NCBI GenBank assembly: GCA_038209745.1
Contig: JBBQXJ010000022.1
Span: 1-57,466 of the forward strand
Reading direction: 5' to 3'
DNA length: 57,466 nucleotides
DNA from: Verrucomicrobiota bacterium
Lineage (GTDB): Bacteria > Verrucomicrobiota > Verrucomicrobiia > Limisphaerales > CANJSG01
The notes beneath the pieces are model-generated. The model was given only the letters and a program-made list of their open reading frames with translations. It did no database searches and was not told the origin of the DNA. The number at the start of each line of letters is the position of its first letter. Positions within the stretch are counted from its first letter, which is position 1. Both the position numbers and the translations under genes were made by a program. Shown here in pieces: positions 44,240 to 52,592 of the stretch.

Positions 44240-46855
44240 TCACTCCGCGACCCGGAAAAACCGCGCGCCGTTCGTGCTCGGCACAAACCACTCGGCCACC
44301 GGAAACCGCGACGCCAAGTTCGTCACGATTTCGAACGACGAGCCTGCCTCGGCCGACGAGTAGACCATGTTGGTTCCGAGTCCGTTGCCCGGCCAGCTCA
44401 AGCGCAGCAACGATTCGTTCCAGCGCGACACGTCCAAGCGCCAAGGCTGGTTCTTCATCAGCGGATCCGTCCCCATGGCCTGCTCCGCCGCGTTGTTCCA
44501 GCCATCCTTGTCGGGATCGTCCCGGGCTCCGTAGGCCAAGGTCCCGAACCGCGCCTGCTCCCAGTTGTCGTCCAGTCCGTCGTTGTCCGTATCGACGATC
44601 GGCACCCCGCGCACCGTCAGATCCACCTCGGTCACATCGCCCACACCGCCGGCCACCTGGTCGCTCAGAGTCACGCTCCAATCGCCCCGGGCCGGCTCCA
44701 GAAACGCCTGGACGCTCACATAGGTCCAGTCCACCGGACCGGGAGCGGTGTCTTCGCCGGTCGGCTGAAGGGCCGCGATGGTTCCCGAGGGTGACTTCAG
44801 CGTGATCCGCAGCGTGCCACGTTTCGGGTGGGAAGTGCGGATGCGCACGGTGACGTGTTCGCACACAAGGTTGGTGGCGACCGGCAGCACGATCGTCGCG
44901 CCGACGGTGGCCAAGCGCGCGGAGACGTTCGTCTGGGCCAATTGCGCCGCGAGCAAAAGGCCGTCGTTCCGTCCGATCATGACCGCAGGGATCGGCGAGA
45001 AGTCCGTCAGGCCCATCAGCAAACGCTCGGTCGTCCCGACGTTGTTATAGACCACGGCGAAGCGAGCCCCCGCATCCGCCGCGAAGCGAATCTTCTCCTC
45101 GAAATTGTTGGTTCCCCTCTGGATCAACGCCGCCTTGCCGGTCAAGTCCGTGGTCAACGGCACGAGCGCCTGGCCCACATCCACCAGCGGCAGCAACGGC
45201 GTCGGTTCGTCCGCCTGCAGCGACAGGCCCGCCGTGGCGGAGAAGTTCGAGCCGCCGGGCATTTCCGGAGCCTCCAAATGAAGGCCGTCGTCGGGGATCA
45301 TCAGATTCGTCGTCACGGTCACCATGTGTTCGACCACCGGCGGCAGCGAAGGCCAGTTCCGGGCCAGTTCCACCGCCACGCCGGCATCCGGCACGCCGTA
45401 GCCGACGTTCTCGCTGAACCGCAACCCGGCGCCGTTCGTGACGATGATCGGATCGGCCAGGTCGATGTGGCGCGAGGACAGCACGAGGAGATGCTGCACA
45501 TCGCGCGCGGTCAGATTCGTGTTCACCGAAAGCATCAGCGCCACGACACCCGACACCTGCGGGGCCGACGCCGAGGTGCCGGTGAAGCCCGTGTAGTCCG
45601 CGCCGTCCCCCGTCCCGGTCGCCGTAAACCCGGCCAAGCCCGTGCGGTCGGTCGTCGGCACCTTGGGAAACCCGTCGTCCGAACTCGGTGCGGCCACCAA
45701 CAGATTGGCCCCCGGCGAACTGTAGCTGGCCACCCGACCATCGGAGCGGACCGCGGCGACGGGAATCACCGCCGTCGATGTCAGATACCCGTCCTCGTTG
45801 GCGTTGCCTGCGGAGCCGCGCTGGTTGCCGGCGGAGCGGACGTAGACCGTCCCTTTGCCGCCGCGCCCGAGGACCGCGCCCCGTTCCACCGCATCGGTTT
45901 CCTGGCCCGACGCCGACGCCTGCACGGCCGCGGCGAACCCCCAGCTATGGTTCTGCACCCAGACCACGTCGTCCCGATACCCGAACATCGTCGCCATGTC
46001 GTCGTCCGTGACGGACAGCGGAATGTCCCCGTTGGAGAAGACCCGTATCGCCACCAACCGCGCGTCCGCCGCCACGCCGCTGACCCCGATGCCGTTGTCC
46101 GTCGTGGCCGCGATGACCCCGGCCACCGCCGTGCCATGGTTGTCCGAACCGGACTGCGGGAAGACGTTGGAGTTCTTTTCCACGAAGTTCGTGTGCAGCG
46201 TGCCGGCCGCCGCGCGGGCGAGGTCGGCGTGGGTCAATTCGATGCCGTCGTCCACCACCCCCACCATCACGTTCGTGCCGCGGGTCACGGGCCAAGCCGC
46301 CCGCACATTGAGATCCGCTCCCGCACGGGATCCGTCCGCGTTGCGGTTCTCCAGGTGGAACGCCTCGGGAAAACGGGGGTCGTTCGGCGCCGGTGCATAC
46401 GCCCCGTGCAGCGCCACCGGGCGCCGCATCTCGGGATAGGCCGAGACGATCCGGGCGTCGTCCGAAAGCCGCGAAGCCAGCACGAGCGCCGCCTCAGGCG
46501 AACCGGTCTCCACACTCCACCAACCGGGCACCGCCCGGCTCGCGACCGGTTTCAACCCAGGAAGCATCTCCCCGATGGCCACTCCCGCCACGGGCTTCAC
46601 CGACACCCTCGACGACACCAGATAGACCTGGTTCGTGTCGCCCCCGGTCGGATACGCCCGCAGCCAGCGATTGGAGGAAACGGAGGGGGCGAAGAGCGAC
46701 TGCGCAATCGGACTGAGCGCCGGCAAAACGGACATCGACCGCAGATGTGGCTCGCGAAACCGGTAGGTCGGCGCTTCCGCCCCGGCGGCGGCGCACCTGA
46801 ACGAGTCCAGTCCGATGCCCAGCACGGACGCCACCAGCCAACAGATACGTTTCAC
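44240..46855 (-). CDS. Secreted kexin/furin-like S8 serine protease with PA and P domains
   Basis: VVDDG, NHGTAVAG, SAGN, FTGTSASAP; PA insert (GKAALIQRG); P domain; DTDNDGLDDNWE. GTG start overlaps the thiD stop. Confidence 0.9.
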   Translation of the reverse strand: MKRICWLVASVLGIGLDSFRCAAAGAEAPTYRFREPHLRSMSVLPALSPIAQSLFAPSVSSNRWLRAYPTGGDTNQVYLVSSRVSVKPVAGVAIGEMLPGLKPVASRAVPGWWSVETGSPEAALVLASRLSDDARIVSAYPEMRRPVALHGAYAPAPNDPRFPEAFHLENRNADGSRAGADLNVRAAWPVTRGTNVMVGVVDDGIELTHADLARAAAGTLHTNFVEKNSNVFPQSGSDNHGTAVAGVIAATTDNGIGVSGVAADARLVAIRVFSNGDIPLSVTDDDMATMFGYRDDVVWVQNHSWGFAAAVQASASGQETDAVERGAVLGRGGKGTVYVRSAGNQRGSAGNANEDGYLTSTAVIPVAAVRSDGRVASYSSPGANLLVAAPSSDDGFPKVPTTDRTGLAGFTATGTGDGADYTGFTGTSASAPQVSGVVALMLSVNTNLTARDVQHLLVLSSRHIDLADPIIVTNGAGLRFSENVGYGVPDAGVAVELARNWPSLPPVVEHMVTVTTNLMIPDDGLHLEAPEMPGGSNFSATAGLSLQADEPTPLLPLVDVGQALVPLTTDLTGKAALIQRGTNNFEEKIRFAADAGARFAVVYNNVGTTERLLMGLTDFSPIPAVMIGRNDGLLLAAQLAQTNVSARLATVGATIVLPVATNLVCEHVTVRIRTSHPKRGTLRITLKSPSGTIAALQPTGEDTAPGPVDWTYVSVQAFLEPARGDWSVTLSDQVAGGVGDVTEVDLTVRGVPIVDTDNDGLDDNWEQARFGTLAYGARDDPDKDGWNNAAEQAMGTDPLMKNQPWRLDVSRWNESLLRLSWPGNGLGTNMVYSSAEAGSSFEIVTNLASRFPVAEWFVPSTNGARFFRVAE

Positions 46856-47661
46856 GACTTTTGTTTTTCGCGCGCCGCCAATGGATCCAACGCCCAATGT
46901 TCGCCGACCCTCACGCTTTCCGCAATCGACGAGGTGATGAACTGCTTCGCCCGCGCCACCGCGTCGGGCAGTTCCCGTCCCAGCGCCAGATACGCCGTGA
47001 CCGCCGCCGAATACGTGCAACCCGTTCCATGCGTCGCGACGCCCCGCACCCGAGGCGACGTCAGCAACAGCTCCGTGCGCCCGTCGTTGAAGAAATCCAC
47101 GGCCAGATCATCCGCCGACAGATGCCCTCCCTTGACCAGAGCGGCGCAGCCGTAGCGTTCGTGGATCTCCCGCGCCGCCTCGCGCAGCGCTTCGAGCGTC
47201 CGCACGGGATGCCCGAGCAGGATCTCCGCTTCGTCCAGGTTCGGCGTCACCAGCGTCGCCAACGGCAGCAGTTCCCCGAGCAGCGTCTTGATCGCCGTCG
47301 GCTTCAGCAACCGCGACCCGGACGTCGCCACCATCACCGGATCCACCACCAGCGGCGGCGCGCCCTTCCTGGAAAACGTCTCCACCACCACCCGGATGAT
47401 CGCCGTGCTGAAGAGCATCCCTGTCTTCGCCGCTGCGGGCGGAAGTTCCGCGAAAACGGCCTCGATCTGTCGCCGCACCATCTCCGGCGTGGCCGCCTGG
47501 ATTCCGAAGACGCCCTTCGGATTCTGCGCCGTCAGGCACGTGATCGCGCTCGTTCCATGGACGCCGATCGCCGCGAAGGTCTTGAGATCCGCCTGCAGCC
47601 CGGCCCCGCCGCCGCTGTCGGAACCGGCGAGGGTCAAGGCGATGGGGAAACGTCGCTTCAT
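46852..47661 (-). CDS. thiD: Hydroxymethylpyrimidine/phosphomethylpyrimidine kinase
   Basis: AGSDSGGGAGLQADLKT, VVDPVMVATSG, TPNLDEA, THGTGCT. Confidence 0.97.
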   Translation of the reverse strand: MKRRFPIALTLAGSDSGGGAGLQADLKTFAAIGVHGTSAITCLTAQNPKGVFGIQAATPEMVRRQIEAVFAELPPAAAKTGMLFSTAIIRVVVETFSRKGAPPLVVDPVMVATSGSRLLKPTAIKTLLGELLPLATLVTPNLDEAEILLGHPVRTLEALREAAREIHERYGCAALVKGGHLSADDLAVDFFNDGRTELLLTSPRVRGVATHGTGCTYSAAVTAYLALGRELPDAVARAKQFITSSIAESVRVGEHWALDPLAAREKQKS

Positions 47662-47708
47662 TGTGTGGAGACCACGCTAGATTCGCAGCCGGACGGCCGC
47701 CAGTCCGA

Positions 47709-48488
47709 TCAGCGGATCCAAGCGACCAGGTCGAAGTTTCCGATCAACTGCACCCCCGTCAGAAAAATCAGCGCGTAGACGATCCGCAGGAACCAGCGGT
47801 CCGACATCCGGCGGTTCAGCCACAAGCCCAGCCACACGCCGACGGGGATCAAGGGCAACAACTTGAGATCCAGCCACAGCGTTTCGCCGGTGATGATTCC
47901 CTTGGCCGCGAAGAACGGCATCTTGATCCAGTTGATCCAGGTGAACACCAGCACGGTGGTCCCGACGTAGATCTCCTTGGGCATGCGTTGGGGGATGAGA
48001 AACAGGCTCGCGGCCGGTCCCGCCCCATGCGCGAAAGTCGAAGTGATCCCCATGCCGATACCACAAGGAACACCGATCGCATGGTTCGGCGCGAAGGCGC
48101 CCTCGGCCGCGAAGATCCGTTCCTTGACCCACTGGAAGACCACGAAGGTGACCGCGAGAATGCCGATCGCGAGGTTCAGTTCACGGTTCGAAAACTTCCC
48201 GACCAGCTGCACGCCGATCACCACGCCCACCACCGCGCCCGGCAGGAGATACAGCAGGTTCTCCCGCCGCCATTTCCCCCAGTAGTGATAGAGCGAAAAC
48301 ATGTCTCCGGCGCACAGCAGCGGGAGCAATGTGCCGATGGCGAACGAGGACGAATGACCCTCCCGGGCGAACGCCACCACGCACAGCGGCGTGGTCAACA
48401 TGCCCAGTCCGCCGCCGAACCCGGCCTTGGACAGGCCGATGAACACGACGGCGATCACGGCCAGCACAATGGTTGTCGCGTCCGACAC
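47709..48488 (-). CDS. TSUP (TauE/SafE) family transporter
   Basis: GLSKAGFGGGLG, AHGAGP; about 8 TM segments. Confidence 0.9.
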   Translation of the reverse strand: MSDATTIVLAVIAVVFIGLSKAGFGGGLGMLTTPLCVVAFAREGHSSSFAIGTLLPLLCAGDMFSLYHYWGKWRRENLLYLLPGAVVGVVIGVQLVGKFSNRELNLAIGILAVTFVVFQWVKERIFAAEGAFAPNHAIGVPCGIGMGITSTFAHGAGPAASLFLIPQRMPKEIYVGTTVLVFTWINWIKMPFFAAKGIITGETLWLDLKLLPLIPVGVWLGLWLNRRMSDRWFLRIVYALIFLTGVQLIGNFDLVAWIR

Positions 48489-48610
48489 CCCGGCTGTCTA
48501 GGCAGCGCAGCCCGTCAATGCGAGCCAACAGATAATGCTTCCGGTCCAACCCGCCGGCCACAGCCGGAACGAGGCAGTGGGAACCTGCGTCCGAAGCGAG
48601 GCGGAGCCCC

Positions 48611-48742
48611 GTATTACGGGCATCCCTGCCCGTCACACCGAAGTCTGGCGGTAACCACTGACCGGTGAGCGCGTAGCACGATGGGCAACCCTGGGCTCTT
48701 GCCCCGCCCCACTGGGCAGGCTGGGAGCCGACCCTGCTTTGG
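48611..48742. repeat. Cluster of REP-like short palindromes
   Basis: ACGGGCA-TCCC-TGCCCGT (48616-48633); GTAG then GGGCAA...TTGCCC (48673-48704); GGGCAGGCTGGGAGCCGACCC. Confidence 0.5.
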
Positions 48743-48862
48743 ACTGCGTCGTTCCGGCTCAGACCGCGGTTGTCCCTCGCCTCCTCCCGTGGAAAGGGCG
48801 AACCGCTCGTCGCCGCAAAATCCCTCTCCCGCTTGGGTCCGCCAAGTCCCTCGAATAGTCTC

Positions 48863-48891
48863 TTGCACTCGGAGAACGATCTCCCTAAGTT
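48863..48891 (+). promoter_or_regulatory. Sigma70-type promoter for tRNA-Leu
   Basis: TTGCAC-17 nt-TAAGTT, 20 nt before the tRNA. Confidence 0.65.
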
Positions 48892-48911
48892 CCGCCTCGC
48901 CTTTTCTGGGT

Positions 48912-48998
48912 GCCGACATGGCGGAATTGGCAGACGCGCTAGACTCAAAATCTTGTTCCCTTACGGGAGTGTGGGTTCGACCCCCTCTGTCGGCACCA
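48912..48998 (+). tRNA. tRNA-Leu(CAA)
   Basis: Acceptor GCCGACA/TGTCGGC, D loop GGAATTGGCAGAC, anticodon loop CTCAAAA, variable arm, TTCGA, encoded CCA; one U-U pair each in the anticodon and T stems. Confidence 0.95.
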
Positions 48999-49280
48999 AT
49001 TGGCTCTTCTCTGAACCTTGACCGCGAAGTTGTCGGTTTGTCCGGAATAGGGTGAAACACCACGAAGGAGAGCGCAGATCAACGACTTACGTTGGAAATC
49101 CATCCGGGCTCTTGTCCGGCTTTTCCGGGATCAGCCAATCTCGCGATTCCCTCACGTCCGCCAGAATCGACTACGCAAAGCATTGATGTTTCAACGTTGG
49201 AACTCGGCGTTTTCAAAATACCGACAGAATCGCAGTCACGAAAATGGGGGTGTAACGTGTAACGGGTGTTCCACCCCATT

Positions 49281-49577
49281 TCACCCGTTCTGCAAAGCCC
49301 CTGCACGCCGGCTGCGCTGATTCCGCATATGGGAAAACAGCCGACTTTGGAGGAAGCGGAGCCAGGCCTTGCGGGTCACCCGAGTTGCCGCCCGGCGCGA
49401 CCGGATGCCTTCGGCCAACGTCGCCTTCAGCGAGCCCTCGTCGATTAAATTCAAAAGGTGCCGTTCGCAGACCATGATCTTCTGCGACATCTCCTGAAGA
49501 GTGATCTTTGACCGTCCCGGAAAATCGAGGCTGGGATGGGCGGTCGCGAATTCCTCGATTGTCTCACGCTCTGCCAT
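49281..49577 (-). CDS. Excisionase-like (HTH_17-type) DNA-binding protein
   Basis: ITLQEMSQKIMVCERHLLNLIDEGSLKA...TRVTRKAWLRFL winged-HTH pattern; next to the putative att end. Confidence 0.7.
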   Translation of the reverse strand: MAERETIEEFATAHPSLDFPGRSKITLQEMSQKIMVCERHLLNLIDEGSLKATLAEGIRSRRAATRVTRKAWLRFLQSRLFSHMRNQRSRRAGALQNG

Positions 49578-49613
49578 GCCTGAAAGACTACCGCCGCGGT
49601 CAAGCCAACCGCC

Positions 49614-49648
49614 CCAAAGCAAAACGCCCCGGGGTTGCCGGGGCGTTT
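49614..49648 (-). terminator. Terminator ending the leftward operon, upstream of the xis-like gene
   Basis: AAACGCCCCGG-GGTTG-CCGGGGCGTTT with a T-rich tail on the minus strand. Confidence 0.7.
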
Positions 49649-49668
49649 GCCTTCCTTTATGTCCTGGG

Positions 49669-49863
49669 TCATTGACCGGCCACCGACCATTTCCAAACCA
49701 GCACGACCACACCGATCCAAAACACCGCGCACCCCGTCAACACCAGGACATTCCCCGGCTTTCTCACGTCCACCGCGCCCGGCTCGGGAAAACGGTGGAC
49801 GCAACGCGGGCAGGCCACCGCGTTGACCGCGAGCAACGCCCGACATGTGGGGCAAGTATTCAT
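49669..49863 (-). CDS. Small zinc-ribbon membrane protein
   Basis: CPTC-x10-CPRC plus a C-terminal TM helix; 64 aa. Confidence 0.65.
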   Translation of the reverse strand: MNTCPTCRALLAVNAVACPRCVHRFPEPGAVDVRKPGNVLVLTGCAVFWIGVVVLVWKWSVAGQ

Positions 49864-49899
49864 GAATCGATCACGCTTTGAAGCCAGGCCGGCAATGCT

Positions 49900-50409
49900 T
49901 CAGTTCCGCCCGGCGCAGAGCTTGGGCTCCATTCCAAGCAGGGTCTTGCCGTAGTCTGCCAGGCATCCGGACAGACGGCGGATCGCCCCCATCGGTGCGT
50001 CGTCCAGAGCCTCCCTCATCCACTGGCGGGGCGGCCCAAGTTGCCTTCGAGCCGCCACCAGAGCTTCATGCTTAAAGGAGCGCCAGGCATCCCGCTTTTC
50101 GGACCGGTCCTCCGCAACCTCCGCTTCCAGCACGGCCACATACCGACCGAGAGCTTCGCTGTTATACCGGCACACGGAAGCCCACCGTTGCAGGTCTTCG
50201 GCCGAGCTGCCCAGCAGCGCCTCTTCCATTGTCGGAACCAGCGTCGTCACCCGGAACCGCCCGCCCCCGCCGAGGCTGTCCGCCGGCCGGGCCATGTCTT
50301 TGAGCAGAGAGGGAAAACGCCGGGCGAATTCGGCGTGGATGCGGTTCATCTCCCCCACATTCCAGAGGTTCGCCCGCCCTGGATAACGAATCTCTTTCCG
50401 CGCCTTCAC
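49900..50409 (-). CDS. Hypothetical protein
   Basis: 169 aa; GTGA overlap with the upstream gene. Confidence 0.6.
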   Translation of the reverse strand: MKARKEIRYPGRANLWNVGEMNRIHAEFARRFPSLLKDMARPADSLGGGGRFRVTTLVPTMEEALLGSSAEDLQRWASVCRYNSEALGRYVAVLEAEVAEDRSEKRDAWRSFKHEALVAARRQLGPPRQWMREALDDAPMGAIRRLSGCLADYGKTLLGMEPKLCAGRN

Positions 50410-51335
50410 GCCGCCCTCCTTTCTTCCGCTTGGTTGGAGGAACGGAGACCTTGGATCGTCGCCAGCTCATCCCGCAGATGATACACGCTGGCCGCGTGGG
50501 CCAGCATCTGGTCCAGGAATTGGTCGAGGGCCGCATGGGCGTCGCTCACCATCTCGCAGTAGCCCGCCGCGAGGGTGCTCCCTTTTGGGTCGTTCTCTTC
50601 TTCGTAGCGTCCGGCGACTTCGGCGAGCAGATGCAGCAGCGCCTTGTTTTTGCGAAACTCCGTCTCGATCCAGGAACTGTCGATCCCTTGCCAATCTTCG
50701 CTCACTGCGAAGCGGAGGTTCTCCGGGACGAAGAAATCCACGAGCCAGGCGCGCGATTGCAGGCGGTTCATCGCGGCGGCCTTCGTGGTTGTGCCATCGT
50801 CGGTCAAGGTTAGGAGCCAATAAGTGTGGTCCCTGGCCTGCACAAGATCCTCGCCCAACACGGGGACGCCGGTGACCGACTCCCAACCATGCGACAGAAT
50901 ATGAGAGGAAGGCAGAGTCCGACGGAACGTCGCTTCGGGATCTGGGGCAAAGGCGCACGCTGCGTGTTCGGCGGTGTCCGGCGTGATGAGATGCCCGGCA
51001 TAGGTCTGCTCCAGGATCCAGTTGCGCGCTTCGTCCGGCGTGAGATGCCTCCACTCGATTCCATCCTCGCCGATCTGATCCTCCCTGAGCCAATGCTCCC
51101 CGTCCGTGGTCTGGCCAATGTCCGCAACGTCGCAGACGCAGTAGAATTCGCACCACCCGTTCTTCAGCGGATGCTCAGGGGGCAAGAGAACACCGGACGA
51201 AGCACTTCCCGCACCGTGCGGCAAGTGGGGATCTGGGGCAAAGGAACGCGCTGTTACATTGCTCTGCTTTTCGCGGGATTGCGCCGGCGCGGGCGTTGCT
51301 CTATTCCTTCTGGGGACTCGATTTGAGGGTTTCAT
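50406..51335 (-). CDS. Hypothetical protein with an internal tandem domain duplication
   Basis: Two FAPDP..LP..H.L..GW..D..Q..D..WL..DG..R.W units; likely start MKPSNR at 51335. Confidence 0.65.
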   Translation of the reverse strand: MKPSNRVPRRNRATPAPAQSREKQSNVTARSFAPDPHLPHGAGSASSGVLLPPEHPLKNGWCEFYCVCDVADIGQTTDGEHWLREDQIGEDGIEWRHLTPDEARNWILEQTYAGHLITPDTAEHAACAFAPDPEATFRRTLPSSHILSHGWESVTGVPVLGEDLVQARDHTYWLLTLTDDGTTTKAAAMNRLQSRAWLVDFFVPENLRFAVSEDWQGIDSSWIETEFRKNKALLHLLAEVAGRYEEENDPKGSTLAAGYCEMVSDAHAALDQFLDQMLAHAASVYHLRDELATIQGLRSSNQAEERRAA

Positions 51336-52314
51336 TGCTTTTGATCTTCTTGGTTCGGGTCTTCGGCCCGGTCGCTGTTTCAGCAGAGGCCGGGCTTTTT
51401 TGTTGTGTGGCTTCGGCTGCTTGGACCCATTCAAGCATCCGCAGAGCCGTGTCACCGCCAGGCTCGCGCTTGCCGGACAACCACACCGAGACGCTCGGCA
51501 GAGTTGCACCCAGAAAAGCAGCGAGTTCCGATTTCTTGCCGTGTTCCTCTGTGACTGCATTCAGACGGGCGAGGAGATTTGGAAGGGCCGGAAGCACGGC
51601 TTCACTGTTACCGTATGCGGTAACTGCTTGCAAAGGTAAATTTGGGGTTGTGGAAGTTTTTTCCCAGTCAGCGGGAGGCATGGTCATCAGATTGCGGATG
51701 GTGTCGACGGCGGCTTCGTAGATCCGGCGGGTGTAGGTTCTCCAGTAGAGAGGCTCCCGTGCGCCTTGGTTCCTGGCTTCGTTGTTCAACAGGATGATGT
51801 GTCGTTCGTGGAGTGCCTTGAGGTAGTTGACCGCCGTTTCCCAATGGTCGGCATCGGAGAGCTGGATGAGCTGATGGTGGGTGAATTTTCGGACAAGCTC
51901 CGCATAGCGGGGCGCCAGAACGGTCCGGTATGCCTCGCTGAAGAGCGTCCCTTCCCGGATGTGGCGCGTGGCTGGATCGGACCAAAGATCCATACACTGG
52001 CGCCTGGAAACAGGCCCATCGAATGCCTCGTCGTCGAATGGTCCTTTGGTGCCGCGCTCTTCAAGTGCCTGGTGAAACGCCTTGTGGCGTCCGGTAGCCA
52101 GCCATTCTTCTGAGATGATGAACTGGCGGCAGAACCGTAGCGCCACCTCGAACCGCAGAGGCGTCCGACACGCCTCGTAATTTGCGAGGGTGCTGCGCTC
52201 CAATCCGATCTGTGCCGCACAGGCCTTTTGTGCAAGCCCCAGAATGCTCTCACGGGCGTCCCGGAGTCGGCTGCCGATTACGGCGTCGATTTCGTCCAGC
52301 CTTGTCTTTCTCAT
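51301..52314 (-). CDS. XRE-family repressor with two HTH domains
   Basis: N-terminal IGSRLRDARE..LAQKACAAQIGLERSTLANYEA; C-terminal KKSELAAFLGATLPSVSVWLSGKREPG. Confidence 0.85.
   Translation of the reverse strand: MRKTRLDEIDAVIGSRLRDARESILGLAQKACAAQIGLERSTLANYEACRTPLRFEVALRFCRQFIISEEWLATGRHKAFHQALEERGTKGPFDDEAFDGPVSRRQCMDLWSDPATRHIREGTLFSEAYRTVLAPRYAELVRKFTHHQLIQLSDADHWETAVNYLKALHERHIILLNNEARNQGAREPLYWRTYTRRIYEAAVDTIRNLMTMPPADWEKTSTTPNLPLQAVTAYGNSEAVLPALPNLLARLNAVTEEHGKKSELAAFLGATLPSVSVWLSGKREPGGDTALRMLEWVQAAEATQQKSPASAETATGPKTRTKKIKSNETLKSSPQKE
51366..51401 (+). terminator. Antisense-oriented terminator inside the repressor 3' end
   Basis: GCCCGG...CCGGGC stem with inner GCTG/CAGC, followed by TTTTTT on the plus strand. 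Confidence 0.6.
51605..51633 (-). promoter_or_regulatory. Internal promoter and palindromic operator within the repressor ORF
   Basis: TTGCAA-17-TAACAG, 7 nt before the in-frame GTG at 51597; GTTACCG-TATG-CGGTAAC at 51607-51624. Confidence 0.55.
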
Positions 52315-52397
52315 TTAATGAAAGCTAAGCCGCACCGGAAGTGGTGGGAAAACCATTCTGTTGACAAGATGCACCCTGAATGGTTATCCATCTACCC
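52315..52397. promoter_or_regulatory. Divergent repressor/Cro switch region
   Basis: Rightward TTGACA-18-TATCCA; leftward TTCCCA-17-TAGCTT; inverted repeat AACCATTC (52351-52358) / GAATGGTT (52378-52385). Confidence 0.65.
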
Positions 52398-52592
52398 ATG
52401 CGACCCGCCGCACAACAACGCCGAGCCAGCCGGATTCCCGGCATCGTGGCCGATGCGGCCGCGTTGGGCGTCGACCGCGATCACCTCCGGCTTGTGCTCA
52501 CCGGTCGAAGGTCGTCTCGAAAGCTCTCCCAGGCCTACGCCGCACTGAAGGCGGCCCGGTCCGTCCCCGAACCCAACCCCCTCTCTCCATGA
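52398..52592 (+). CDS. Small Ner/Cro-like HTH protein
   Basis: GIVADAAALGVDRDHLRLVLTGRRSSRKL; 64 aa, basic, divergent from the repressor. Confidence 0.7.
   Translation: MRPAAQQRRASRIPGIVADAAALGVDRDHLRLVLTGRRSSRKLSQAYAALKAARSVPEPNPLSP

Noticed and set aside
48540..48900. Possible SRP RNA, 6S RNA or TPP riboswitch near thiD/TSUP
   Set aside because: No SRP GGAA-loop/AGCAG motif or TPP CUGAGA core recognised; better explained as REP-like palindromes plus the tRNA promoter.
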